A DNA stretch of 63,136 nucleotides, counting the filler, from Phoronis australis (taxonomy: Eukaryota; Animalia; Phoronida), in the NCBI GenBank assembly GCA_002633005.1. It is 4 parts of 4 records of this genome, joined end to end, with 100 filler letters (N's around TTAATTAATTAA, not from the genome) between each part and the next. Parts side by side here need not be neighbours in the genome. Positions count along the whole stretch, not along the records: positions 1 to 25,104 come from NMRA01000737.1; 3 more parts are not named here. One strand, given 5' to 3'. A program made the translations under genes and the position numbers. Positions within the stretch are counted from its first letter, which is position 1. The number at the start of each line of letters is the position of its first letter. Below are positions 13,201 through 24,845 of the stretch, piece after piece. Below the pieces are notes generated by a model. That model saw only the letters and a list, made by a program, of their open reading frames with translations. It ran no database searches and was not told the origin of the DNA.

Positions 13201-16109
13201 TGCTCAAACACAATGGCCGAACATATCGCTGATTTTGAGCAAAACAAACAAACGGGTACGACAAATAAACACTAGATGTCACGTGAATCCTCCCAGACAT
13301 TCAAAACCAGTTTCCGAGGAAGTCCAGCCGCCGTGTTTGTCTTCTGGCCAACTGGTTATAGCACTGGTCATCGTGTTTTGGGTCCAGCCAAGTAGTTTTT
13401 GGGCGTGAGGCCATAGCGTTTTGAAGTTCTGACAACACGTTTAATCCCCAGCCGACTGGTTTTGAAGTCTACCAAGTCCAACCAATTGTTTAAGACCAAA
13501 AAGTTTTTACATGTTAAAGTGGAGTCATTTATTGCATTTTATATTCCATGAGTGGGTTGATACACGATATTGCAGCACATTTAAATCAAACAAAAACGTT
13601 TTTATGGATAGACAGAGTGTATTTACACTTAGAACTAAAAAATTTACAGAAAATTGCGGCTTAATATGGAGTATGCGTTTTTTGATTGACACAGGCGTGT
13701 GCTCGCAGCGTTTTTCGACTCTCCTGGTTGCGTAAAATCTGCTATTTGCGACCTCAAACACAGCACAGTTTCCACCGTTATTTTCCCGGGCTGTCAACAG
13801 CAGGAAAACATTTCTATTGCTATTTCCATTCCAAAACCAAAGACAAGAAAATAGACGTAGAAAACTACGGAATTCATCGAAGCTAAAGCGACACACTGTT
13901 GCACGCACGTGCTTTAATTTTTATATTCCTGGATGGATTGTTTTTAAGTTCCGAGGAACTTTAATTATTATTGAATTGTTCATCGTTTTAACTTGAAATC
14001 TCACAAACTGAAAATTCTTATAAATTCAATATGAAATGAAGTTTACTAGTTATTAAACGTCACGGATTATCTCATCCTTTACTGGGGGGGGTAGGCTTGA
14101 TATAGATATGACGTCATATGACAAGCCAAAGTACATCACAATCAGATGTAGTCGCAAAGCAAATGTGTTCATATATATATACATATGTGTGTTGAATAGG
14201 TTATCCTATGTACATAGGAATACTACTACAATACTGTATTTCGAATTCATTTCATCTGGGACATCCCTACATGAAATTGATTCTCGATAGGGTTTGGCAG
14301 TAGTATTCCTATGTATGTGGGATAATTTACATAGCACGTTAAGTAGAGTCATTTAGTGCGTTCCATAATGCATTATGAGCTGATACACCTTATCATTGAG
14401 GCTAAGAGACGAGAAAAACGTGTTTCAATATGTATTTTCAAATTCCATTGTCGGGCATGATAACCCCACCTACAGTATTACAAGTGAAACAGTGTTGCAC
14501 TAACAGCTTCTGTCAAGTATCATCAGGGACTAAACACAATTATTTTGTTGTAGTCTGCTTGTTGGGTAGTGTGTATCAACCTAACAGCTCTGACCAGTTT
14601 GTTGTGCATTTCTAATATGTATTTTACAGCCAAGGATAACGTGGCTGTATTCAATTTTGACAAGCCTCGTCTGTTGGGCACAGATGGTGTCGGAGCAGCG
14701 CCTATCCGCGCCATATTGGCTCATTGCGAGGACCTCGATGTGGCCGTCCTAGACCTTGATTTCAACGCGTCACTCCCAAGAGCCTTCAACCAATGTCAAA
14801 GGATCAATAAGTACTCGCTTCCACCGCCAATTACTGAGTTTGCGACTATCGATGCGCGGGAGTATATTCATTTTGTTGGACATCCAACTGGCGAATGGAA
14901 AGTTTTGGATACTCTGTGCACTATTGACCGTACTTGTACATCGCCACACAATACACAAAAGGTGCGATAAGATTCACAATGTCACTCAAAATGAGTTCGA
15001 TATGACCTATAATGTAGGTCTACTTTTGTTCATTTTTAAATACAACCAATTAAGCTAGTTATACATGTCAATGTAGGATGAAAGATGTTTTACATACCTA
15101 GAAGTTATATCGGAAGGATTACTAGACTTTTTCCAGCTGAGTGTTTGTAAGATAAAACATTTCACTGACGGGAATTTCCATAGATAAGATCATGGGCGTG
15201 TGAAACTAATCAGAAAATGAAAAATTTTAGGCGTTTTAACAACACCAAATAAATGCCCAGCTGTTTATTTGGAAAGGGGGTGTGGTGTAAACGGAAAGTC
15301 ATAGTTATACTGACTTTGACATGTGTTTACTTAAACCACGTTTTTTAAATTTTATGTTATTAAATGCATATTTCATTTCATTAAATTTTATTTTAATAAA
15401 CGCATAGTTTGTTTTTTTTTAAATTTTATGTTAAATGCGTAGTTCGGCAACACCTTATTCGTTTTCACAAATGATAAATGTTCCACGAAATTGAATTTGT
15501 GACAAAAAAGTTGACGCTGAGTGGGCTTTTAAAAGAAAATTTTCCAAATAAACGCCCCACTGTCAGGACACTTGACACCACAAGTTGTAACACCAAATAA
15601 ACGCCCATGGGCGTGTATTCGGCATAGTTTTCCAAATTAACGCGCATGTGCATTTCATCGGATGGGCTGATCTACGGAAATTTCCAGTACGTAGAATATT
15701 GTCATATTTCAATTATCGGAAGGTATAGTTTGCTTGCATCAGTGACCGACATGTTTTAACATATAATTTTGCCATGTTATTCTTGCAGCTCCTTGGGCTA
15801 CACAGGAAATATAAAAACGATATGTTCAAGACTATAACAGACAAACGGCGAGCACTTTACCAATCCAGCTCAAAATTCGGCAGCGGCAGCTCGGGAAGTC
15901 CAGGGTTTGTAGCTAACCATCAAAAACGGGCTTGCGTGGCCGTCATGCACTCGTGCGGACATGTCATAAGGGTGGCGCCTGGGGAATTTCATCTTGATGC
16001 TATTGAGCAGGGAGTGAGGATGGAGTGTGTCTACGAGTTCTTGTTACATAATTATGCTGAGTTGTGTATGGACATTTTCCGTGGAAAAAAGCCAGCTCGT
16101 GTAGTGTGA
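4150..16109 (+). CDS. Spliced gene: ankyrin-repeat + FAM111-like trypsin-like serine protease fusion (11 visible exons, 5' end not identified)
   Basis: Manual splicing gives one open frame with matching phases: join(4150..4248,4784..4882,5263..5361,5736..5834,6207..6305,6852..~6953,9538..9594,10145..10436,10545..10775,14630..14961,15789..16109). All introns are GT-AG. TPLHxAA..GH ankyrin motifs are followed by TNCHV / LDVAVL / GSSGSP protease motifs. Confidence 0.88.
4499..4600 (+). pseudogene. Degenerate (frameshifted) ankyrin exon remnant
   Basis: tttaacag acceptor preceded by atcgtccattca, as upstream of the array exons. Reads EATKPVHQHH, then +1 shift WRGHCQVMEAL; the phase-0 frame hits TAA. 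Confidence 0.4.
4784..4882 (+). CDS. Ankyrin exon 2 (EGWTPLYCAALHGHTQTVKCLVEHSAAVNVTAK)
   Basis: acatag acceptor, 99 nt, gtaatt donor, phase 0-0. Confidence 0.92.
5263..5361 (+). CDS. Ankyrin exon 3 (DGWTPLHCAAGCGHTQIVKCLVEHSAAVNVYDK)
   Basis: acatag acceptor, 99 nt, gtaatt donor, phase 0-0. Confidence 0.92.
5736..5834 (+). CDS. Ankyrin exon 4 (EGMTPLHYAAGCGHTQTVECLVEHSATVNVTTK)
   Basis: acatag acceptor, 99 nt, gtaatt donor, phase 0-0. Confidence 0.92.
6207..6305 (+). CDS. Ankyrin exon 5 (RGETPLHSAALCGHTAVVECLLQHGANVHVRNK)
   Basis: acatag acceptor, 99 nt, gtaatt donor, phase 0-0. Confidence 0.92.
6852..6953 (+). CDS. Ankyrin exon 6 (WGDTPLHMASEVGHAAVVKLQIIKGSCDVTAVES)
   Basis: ctgtag acceptor, TPLH motif; donor ambiguous (GT at 6954 or 6957, both phase 0). 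Confidence 0.85.
8282..9028. mobile_element. Diverged Harbinger-type MITE copy interrupted by a LINE fragment
   Basis: Ends gggcctgtccaagaaactgact ... agccaattttcttggtaaaggcc; both arms align to the MITE at 52443-52685. Confidence 0.6.
8345..8860 (+). mobile_element. L1/Tx1-type reverse transcriptase fragment (degenerate)
   Basis: SRGCEQGDPVSLYLFLLCVEILG..VKGI..KIL*YAGNA..GSEYSL..FSGLQPN; contains stops. Confidence 0.85.
9195..9370. repeat. Minisatellite, ~45-bp unit, ~3.7 copies
   Basis: (gcgtaataagtctaaactagttataaaggtacaataaatgacaca)n. Confidence 0.9.
9538..9594 (+). CDS. Ankyrin C-capping half-repeat exon (DGKTAYDVCWMDAIRELLK)
   Basis: ttttacag acceptor, 57 nt, gtaatg donor; GKTAxD terminal-repeat motif. 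Confidence 0.85.
10145..10436 (+). CDS. Linker exon (Ser/Gly/Ala/Pro-rich, then a probable structured segment)
   Basis: ctgcag acceptor in frame with ORF 10151; 292 nt, CAG|gtaatg donor, phase 0-1 fits both neighbours. Confidence 0.78.
10545..10775 (+). CDS. Protease exon with catalytic His (GSGFRVGPTYVMTNCHV)
   Basis: ttttccag acceptor, phase 1-1, gtaagt donor; His codon 10748-10750. Confidence 0.9.
10939..11905. mobile_element. Non-autonomous Mutator-like (MULE) DNA transposon in a protease intron
   Basis: Perfect 49-bp TIR GCAAAAGGTACCCGCTCATCCAAAACCTTTACGGCAAACAGATGGCGCT, further imperfect subterminal inverted repeat, 9-bp TSD CTCGGTGAC (10930-10938, 11906-11914). Confidence 0.9.
12418..12548. 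repeat. Tandem repeat, 43-bp unit, 3 copies
   Basis: (acacaaagttaa.taattaatacattatacagg.ctaaattca)n. Confidence 0.85.
12515..13196 (+). repeat. Dispersed repeat copy A (probable non-autonomous DNA element)
   Basis: Highly similar to 20268-20880; contains a 21-bp gacttcaaaaccacttgcccg tandem array at ~12943-13060. Confidence 0.85.
14630..14961 (+). CDS. Protease exon with catalytic Asp (EDLDVAVL) and FAM111-type IHFVGHPTGEWKVLDTLC motif
   Basis: ttttacag acceptor, phase 1-0, AAG|gtgcga donor; Asp codon 14737-14739. Confidence 0.9.
15789..16109 (+). CDS. Terminal protease exon with catalytic Ser (FGSGSSGSPGF ... VMHSCG ... IEQGVRMECV)
   Basis: tcttgcag acceptor, phase 0; Ser codon 15891-15893; TGA 16107-16109. 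Confidence 0.9.
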   Translation, partial: LLGLHRKYKNDMFKTITDKRRALYQSSSKFGSGSSGSPGFVANHQKRACVAVMHSCGHVIRVAPGEFHLDAIEQGVRMECVYEFLLHNYAELCMDIFRGKKPARVV

Positions 16110-16285
16110 TCTGTCATGGTCTTGGTCAAGCCAGCTTGTGTAGTGATCTATGATGGTCTTGGTCAAGCCAGCTTCGTGTAGTGATCTGTCATGGTCTTGG
16201 TCAAGCCAGCTCGTGTAGTGATCTATGATGGTCTTGGTCAAGTAAGCTCGTGTAGTGATCTATGATGGTCTTGGTCAAGTGAGCT
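16090..16285. repeat. 37-bp minisatellite, ~5 copies, overlapping the stop codon
   Basis: (agccagctcgtgtagtgatctatgatggtcttggtca)n. Confidence 0.92.
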
Positions 16286-19200
16286 ACTAGATTATCAACT
16301 TACTTCATCTGGGTACACTCGTAGATTTGGTATAAACAGGTTAGATGTATTTGTTATTCTGTGAAATGGTGAACCTAGATTATTGAGAATGACAATCGAT
16401 TTAGTTGTACAAAGTGATAGTGTTCAAAGCAGTCGAAGTGATCAATGTTGGGAGTTTGTGATTAGTGGGTGCAATCTTCCTGTTTCTGCATAGCCTGTTT
16501 TTTAATGTTTATTACGAAATCTTCAGAATACAATGAATATACATAACCCAGAAAGCGCCAAGAGGCATTAGATCTGGGTAAAAAATACAAAGAAGTCTAT
16601 ATACAATTATGTTATACGAATACATAAATAAAAAACAAAAAAACTGATGTTAAGAATACAATGATATATGACAACGAATGAACTTTTCATGTTTCTAGTT
16701 AAATAGCGAACACGAGTTGGTAACTTGCTCCACCAGTCTCTCTTAATGCTACGTCATTAAGATTATCTCAAACCTTATTCAGTGGCTCCCATTATAACTC
16801 GTGTATCAAAAAACCTAAGCTTAGTCAACTGGTAAAAACATATATTTTCTGAAAGAAAAAAGGAAATATAGAAATCCTTTTTGTATTTATATACCATTAT
16901 TATTTGTACGTAAAACCGAAAATTTATTTTTAAGAAAGGTAAATTCATAGCAAAATAACCCCTCTGTCGATTTTAATGAAACCTTTTTTAAATGAAAAAT
17001 TCACGGGTTACCTCAAAAACTCTGTTAGGAAATTTCGATTAGTTTTTTGGTTTGGTTTCTATGACAAATCATATCGCAAAACATAAGGTATTTTTGTAAA
17101 AAAAAATTGAAGTCGTATTCGTCTTTGTTACATTACGCAAAAACTAGGCCTTTATATCAAAAATCCTCTCAGCATTTTTGAAATTTGTGACTAAAAATTA
17201 AGTTTGGAAAGTTTCAGCGATATTCAATAAGCCGTTTTCGAATACTCGCGTTCCTAAGTTCAAATAAAGTCGATTTGCCGAAGTCGAGAAAAAGCCGGTT
17301 AAACTGGGACGAGAGAAAATCTCAGTCTTAGGTTAATTATTCAGTGAAAACTTTTTTTCGGTACACATAACCTATTTCATCATTCACTCCCAATGTCAAC
17401 TGATTTTGCAGTGCGTAATTATCTTAATTACCGTTAAAATGGTCTTTGTTTTCCCCGGCACCATTATGTCATAAACACCTCGTTGTTTCAATGTTATGGC
17501 GACTTTGTAAATGAAAGAACTGACGGTATACGAAGCTATTCTGTACGCTGGAGATTCGATTTGATTGAAAACCTTTAACCTTTGACCTCTGATAAGTAGT
17601 AAACAAATATCTGCGCGGTTGTACAGTACCAAGGTGGTTCTGCTCAATCTTCTTTTCTCGCTACGCGGTATATATTTTGTATTTGAAGTTCTCTGAGAAT
17701 GAAGATAGGGCCAGTTTTGTGAATAAGGTTTGAGATATCTTTTAAGTCGCAACTGTAGTGAAATGGGGTCCATACGCTAATTTGTAAGTCTTAATTGCCT
17801 GTGCATTGCCTCACACCGACTGCAACCGGTGTTGACAACACTCTTGGCACAAGCGTGGTCACACTGTTTTTAATATCGTTTAGTAAACTTTGACATCTTT
17901 CAAGTTGATCATCAAAACACACGGTGGTACTTTCTACAGCAGGGTACCTGTCATTTGGCCATATGTGACGTGGGATATATTGTTTTGAAATTACGCTTCA
18001 GTATCCAATCTCCTAAGGAGTCGGTATATACACTGTGTGATGAATACGTTGCGGTCAGAACGAGCTTCAGTGAATAAGTGCCTCTTTCGCACGACAGATT
18101 CGTTTTACAGGTGTTTTAAATTTACTAAAAGATATCTAATAATTACAAAACCTTTCAGTAGGTATAATTTTAAGACAGCAAAACTCAACAAATTCTAAAA
18201 CCTTCTGTTAGTTCGGTTGCAAAATGGATCCTTTCAATTCGGTTCCTAGGGAGTTAAATCGGCATCACTTCGGAGGGAATCTGTCCTTTACAATGACGCT
18301 CCAATGTCGTGAAGTGGTAGTGTTCCTGTATTGTCGAGACAGCGGCGAAACAACGTTAGTCAATGTAGGTTAATTCACCCACACAAAGTGTCCAAGTGCC
18401 CAGTTTAACATAAACGTAGGCTTACTGTGTACTACTGAACAGGTTTTACTTAAGTGTGATGAGTTGATTTATTATTACAATAGCTATTTGCACATCACGT
18501 GATTATATTGTTACCCTCTTGCCCCACTTCCTTCAATGTTTTAACAATACACGTTTCTTTTATTTCCTTCATTCCACTTTCTTTGCTAATATCGTGTCAT
18601 TATATTTGTTTATATTTATACAACTTGTAATTGTTCCGTTGTGTTCCACCGTCCAACAGTGGACAATCTTCAACTATTTGGACCAAAACCCTCCCGAACA
18701 ATAGTCAGCAATCAAGTGACCAGTAATACTATGGTGTGCGCGCCGTCTAGCGTAACTTGTCACTTCTTGCCGTTCAGGCAGTCTTATGAGAATAGGGTGC
18801 CGCAGAATATTGCAAGTCTCAAGTCGCAATAAGTGGTTATATTATGCTTAATGTGCAAGGTGTAATTATAAACTTTGTTTTATTCTGTTGGTCATCCAAA
18901 TGTCAAGTAAAAAGTCAAAAGTTACTTTCTATTAAGGGACTGTCTACTGAGAGGTCATGTAAACAGTGCGCTCTCAAGCACAGATTTCACCTGTTTATGT
19001 GCATCGTGCTGTCACCATCGTCACATATGTGTTAGCAAGTCTCAAAATGTTTGTAACAATAAAAGCGTTTGATCTATTCTACATATCTCTTGCATTCACT
19101 GTCATAAAAGAACTTCAGTTTGGTGCAAACATGTACCTACGTGTCCAAGTAATGGAGGGGCATGAGCTGTCTTACTACATCTCTTGTGGCGCTTTTTATT

Positions 19201-20267
19201 TGCCCATCTTACCAAAGATTAGTATTTTTTACTTTACTCATGCTTAGTCACTAACTATTACTGGTACTGTATTAGTCATATAACTACCTTACTTATAATT
19301 GTGTGTGTAATATAAATGACCTTACTTATAATTGTATTAGTCATAATAAATGATCTTATATCGCCTACCCAGGTCTTAGTTTCATCTCTGGTAACAAGCT
19401 TGCGACGCACGAACTACTATATATCATTCGGGACATATGTCGATCATAGATGTTATTATTATTTATATTATGACCTCTTATGCACGTATTTAGGCCCATG
19501 CGCCTATATTCAAAGCTCTGCCTATATCGGGAACTCGGCACACGCGAACCATGTGTAGACCGTGCCCAGGCAGGATATGAGCGTACCTTTTCTATTTTCA
19601 AGACTTGCGTTGTGTAAGAAACCAACTTGTGATTTAGGTCAATGACAGTGCCGCAATAAAAACTGATGTCAATTTTTTCCCTGTTAACAGAAAAAATGCC
19701 ATTGGTCTCCCTTGGTCTCTGACTGAAATACGGAATAGTTTAAGGGGTTTGCTAAGAACGTACAGTTCATTATTGTGTGAGACTATTCTCGGACCTTAGC
19801 CTAATAGGCTGTGACAAACAAAGTTGTAAAGTCATGGTCGAATTTCACAGAAGCAAGAATCGGACGAGGGGATTAGCTTCGGTAAGTTCTCGAAAACGGC
19901 TTGGTGGATTTTCATTCCGAAAATTGGTGATCAATTCACTACGTGAATTTTAGAAACTGTTTCAGAGGCATATAAGTAGGAAAAGTACCCATAAGTCCCC
20001 CATTTGGCAAATGGGCAAAAAGTCCTGAGAGAAACCAAAAGTCCGAGAAAACAGACAAAAGTCCACTAGAAAGGTAAAAATTCGGCGAAAGCTCTGAACG
20101 CTGAGCAAACCCATTTCTTAGTTAGTGAAAGGTCCACTGTGAAAAATTCATAACCTCCTAGATTTTAGGGTATATTTGGTCTGTACGTCAAATTCTAAAA
20201 ATTTACTGAAAAATCTGCAAATATGGTGTTCAAAGTACTCCAATGCAGTTTTGGTGGTACACAAGTG

Positions 20268-20880
20268 TTAATTAATACACTATACAGGGCAACATTCAAA
20301 ATGTTGAGGAGCTCCATCCAATTCAGTTCTGCCTATAGTTCAGATTGAAAGTAATTGTTTCGTGCAGACTAAAGCATCCATTGAATTGCGTGTTTTACTA
20401 TGGTTAATCGGCCTGACCCTGATAGGATTCTGTTTCCGTTACCCACAAGAACCTCGTAAGCCCCAACGACTAGAGTCAAAGGCAGCGCCATTTTCAAATG
20501 AGTCAACTCTAATAAATCTTGAAGCGTTTTCTTGTTTCACTGATGGTTTCCGTGTTTTCCTTTGTAGTAAAAAGAATTTCACCACGGCAAATAATCGCAT
20601 GAGACTGACTTCAAGGGAGTACAATGTCTAATTCGATTTTCGTTTTTATCTACATGTAAGTAAAGAGAGGTGAAATGAAGCTTTAACAGGGAGTGGAATC
20701 AACAATTGGTTGGACTTCAAAACCGCTCGCCTAGACTTCAAAACCAGTTGACTGGAGTGCAAAACTGATTGGCCGGTGTTCTAACTTGGTGGTCCGACCT
20801 CAAAACGGGTTGGTTTGTACCTCAAAACCAGATGGCCGAACCCGAAAAATCGAACTGGTTGGCCGGAACTAAGGCGGTTT
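20268..20880 (+). repeat. Dispersed repeat copy B
   Basis: Highly similar to 12515-13196. Confidence 0.85.
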
Positions 20881-21306
20881 TTTCTCTACTATTTTCTCTG
20901 CAGTATTTTTCTGTGGTATGTTCAGGCTTTATTTGCACTGTTGCAAACAGTGAAATTTCATTTGCATGTCTTCGTAACTGCAGGTTTTAAAGATGCAAAG
21001 AGACAACATTCGAGGCAAATGGGTGAAGTTAAGCTGATGATGTGCAGGTTCATCACGCTGGACGAAACTATGTCAAATCTAATATTTATGTTATTAAGAT
21101 TTATTAGATATTTATCAACCACAAGATTTTAGGAAAATGTCGAATCTTGCGCAGCGTCAGGTGGGACCCTACAAAACTGTCCACATTTGGGTAACTTTGG
21201 AACATCATATCTCAGAGCTGGATGGTCGGATTCTTCTGCAGCTTTCAGATACGGTGCTCCATGAAGTGTTCCACAACACCTTGTTAGGAATTGTTTTTAA
21301 AATGTC

Positions 21307-21438
21307 TGTCTTTAGCAAGGGGGCATTAGCTAAGGTGTACTGTCTTTAGCAAGGGGGCATTAGCTAAGGTGTACTGTCTTTAGCAAGGGGGCATTAGCTA
21401 AGGTGTACTGTCTTTATCAAGGGGGTATTAGCTAAGGT
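21307..21438. repeat. 34-bp minisatellite, ~3.9 copies
   Basis: (tgtctttagcaagggggcattagctaaggtgtac)n. Confidence 0.92.
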
Positions 21439-24400
21439 CATCTGTAGTTCTTCATATCACACAATATGGCAGACAAGTGAAATTTCGTTTTGTTTATTTT
21501 TTCCAAGAAAATGAAGATATTTTAGTCAATAACTAGGTGGGTTTGGAAAGTTTTGATGATGTCATTAAATAATATTTGGAAAAATTGCCATTATTGAAGG
21601 AATTTAATCGAACTTAATTTGGTATGCTTTCGTTTTATCATTTGTGCACAAATAGGGAATTGTTTTGTATTCGTGTAATCTCTGAATTATAATAAATTTA
21701 TGCTAAACAAAGCGGTCTTTACGATGTCTTTGGTTATCATAGTGGCTGATCATGACCACAAATGTTCTTGTCAAGCTGTGCAGTATATTATTTGGTATTT
21801 GAATTTAATCATTGAGTTCCTCCTGCAGTGCGATCGTACAAGGATGGACAAGAAGCGTGTTTCCTTGTTCAGAGCTTGTGTCAGGGGAAAAATGAATTGA
21901 TAGCAGAATGTAGGTTAACCTGCCAAAGTTTGAGATCACTATCCATTATAGCATGTACTACAGGTAAAAATAAATAACAATTCTGACTTTCATCATATGA
22001 CACGCTTATATATGTCGCGTCACTTACCTGCAAGTAATGCTGTGTCAGTGGCCAAAGATTGAATTCTTTAGACAACAACATGGTATTGGAGGGCAGAAAT
22101 ATCCACTTTTCCACAACGCCCTCCTTGGCAATCTCATCTTCAGCATCTGTCATGTCCATCTCGTTTACACCATACCATGACGTAGACTCAACTGCTGAAC
22201 AGTGACTTAGAGCCGCAAAAGTCAAACTGTCCGTCTCAGCTGCCAACAGAGCAGTCTTCGTTTTGACTTTAAAGGGACCCAGCCAAAACCTCGGAAAGTC
22301 CACTCCCATTAGCGTTACCCAGGTAGGTTCTTTTTAAGCCATCACAAGAGCAAAATGTCGAGCACTCTTTTGGTTCGCTTTCACACGGTGGATCATTTCC
22401 ACGTCAAGGTCATGATTACAGACGATATGGAGGTTAATTAATACCTCCATGTTGCATCTAAGACTTGCATGACTTCATATGTGGGGAGAAATCCCCTGAC
22501 CTCATGTCCTAAAACTCCGGTCTTTGATTCTGTCTCACCAGAGGCTAGCTTTAGCGTTTCTGCTAGGTTTGCGTAAAGTTGTTGACAACTTCGCAGCTAA
22601 TGCACAACATTCCTTTGCCTAACCGGACTTATTGAAAGGAAGCTAATGTCCTTCTGGGCCACATCGACAAACGAATTAAGTCTCCTCTCTGTCCATCTTA
22701 TGAGGTGTTCCAGAGAGACTTTCATGAGGTGGAGCCACCAGACTCATTAAGACACTTGGTGTTCTTGGAATGCCTGGGCCTTGGAATGCCTGGGCCTTTA
22801 AACCTTCGGTAGTTTCTTTTGCAGACGCTGTCCCTTCCTCTTCCCCCTTAATGCATCATTTTAGGAGAGCACAGGTGTGAAACCGTCAGCAACAGTCAAC
22901 ATAGTCAGACTACAATTCGCTCCCCAGGGAGTATGAGAGAGCTCAGATATGGTATGTCAAACGGTGACCAATGGGGATAGTCGAAAGCAAAGAATAAAAG
23001 TGCGTATAAAGTACTTGAGTCGAGTCTGTCTAGGCATTCAACTTATTCATGGCCCGACCACATTGTCTTCCTGCATCGCGATCGTACATGGTCAAGCATT
23101 AGGTTCAATATCTCTCTCGAAATAAGGTAAAACTCTCAGCGTCAGTGGTCGCCCTTACGCTAGAGTCATCTCCAAATGTGTGTGCATGCATCCATTACCA
23201 GACCCTAAGTACTTCCCATGCCTCACCAGGCACGAGCGTGCCACCTAAGACAGCGGGGCTGCCCTGTCTTCAGCGGCCTAACCAAAAACTCTTATTTCAA
23301 AGCACTGTGTTGTCTCTCACCTTCTGCACCTTAGATACTGCTTTAAAACTCAAGAGGACTGCGTGGCCAGTAGGCCGCAGTTTTCTTGACACTTGGTCAG
23401 AAACATATGATAGACACTTAAGTAATGTGCGGCAGAATCAAATAACGTGCAGTCCCCATCAGTCCATAGCCTCCTCTCAAAGACTGTAGGAATTTTACGA
23501 CTTAAGTCGTCAACTATCGGCCACGACCACAAGAGACAACTAGCCACAGAAAGCAGCACCAAGATGTTGAGGTGTGTTTAGTCTAATCTCTACATTTCGA
23601 CATGACAGGAAAAGGTGAACATGATTTTTAAATCAAATTCTCGCATATAGGCGCATGCGCTTAAGTTCTACAATTAAGCGCAGGCGGTGCTCCGGTTGTA
23701 GGCGCACATTAACTGATTAAAAACTAACTCAATGCATTTTATTTCACGCAGCGTTTGTCGATAGTGACACACTAGGTGAGTCCTGGGACATTTAAATTCT
23801 AATCATACATAGTATTAAAACTCATTACACGCTTTGTTTCCAAAGAACGACTTAGTTTTTTAAAAGTATAAACAACATCTTGTTCATCTCATCTAAAAAT
23901 ATATTTAACTGCAATCGAGGAGTTGTGATTGTTTAGACTAACTGTCTACTACCGTGGAATTGGCTTTCACTTTTAATCCGCAGACTTATTTTCCTGCCAA
24001 GACGACAAGCAGTAAAAGTTCTTCGGCAACATGTCATTAGAAAGAAGTTGTATTATAATTAATCCACGTGTAGAGGTGCTTTTTGAAAAACATTGAAGGC
24101 GCGTTTACACTGTATGTATGGAGTACCATAATCTATCAAATTCTAATCAAGTGTCCTGGATTCAGGCACAAACGCCCAAGTCCCGCGATTAGGAGTAATC
24201 CTGCAATTAGGCACATGTGCCTATTTGAATGGATACAAAGTATACATATTAGTCAACACGACATTCCATTTGCACTTAGCGGCTGTGATTGACAAACTAT
24301 CCAATTGGCGTCAGTCAGATTTAGCTGTAACCAGGTATCAGTTTGTACAACAATTTCCCAAACTTATCCTATCCAGAAGAGTTGAGAACCTTTCCATAAG

Positions 24401-24845
24401 ACTGCCAAGTGCAAAATGGAACGCGTGTTTACAGAATGTTCTTAACGAAAGCGCGATGCCGAAATACTCTAATAAGCATTATAGGGACTAAACAACTCTC
24501 CACTTTCATTTCATTTAACCTTTGTACCAAGATTTAGAATTTACTTGTGCATTTTCTTACGTACTCATTGCGGACGCCACAGCCGCTTTGTCTGCCGCCC
24601 ATGTTTATGGAATATGATTACGTTAGTACAACGAACCGGCAGTTGTTTGTGTTGGACTCATGCAACAAGAGCCTTGTCATTATGAAATGATGAAGCCAAC
24701 AAAAATTCACCAGGGAAATTAAAGTTTTGACTCGTCGGAATTTTGAGCCCTAAAGCCTTAACGCGTACGTACTTTCACCCTCTATGTTACCGCTACTAAC
24801 TCTGAGTAGAAATTAGTGGAGAAATTATACGTGTAGATTATTGAG

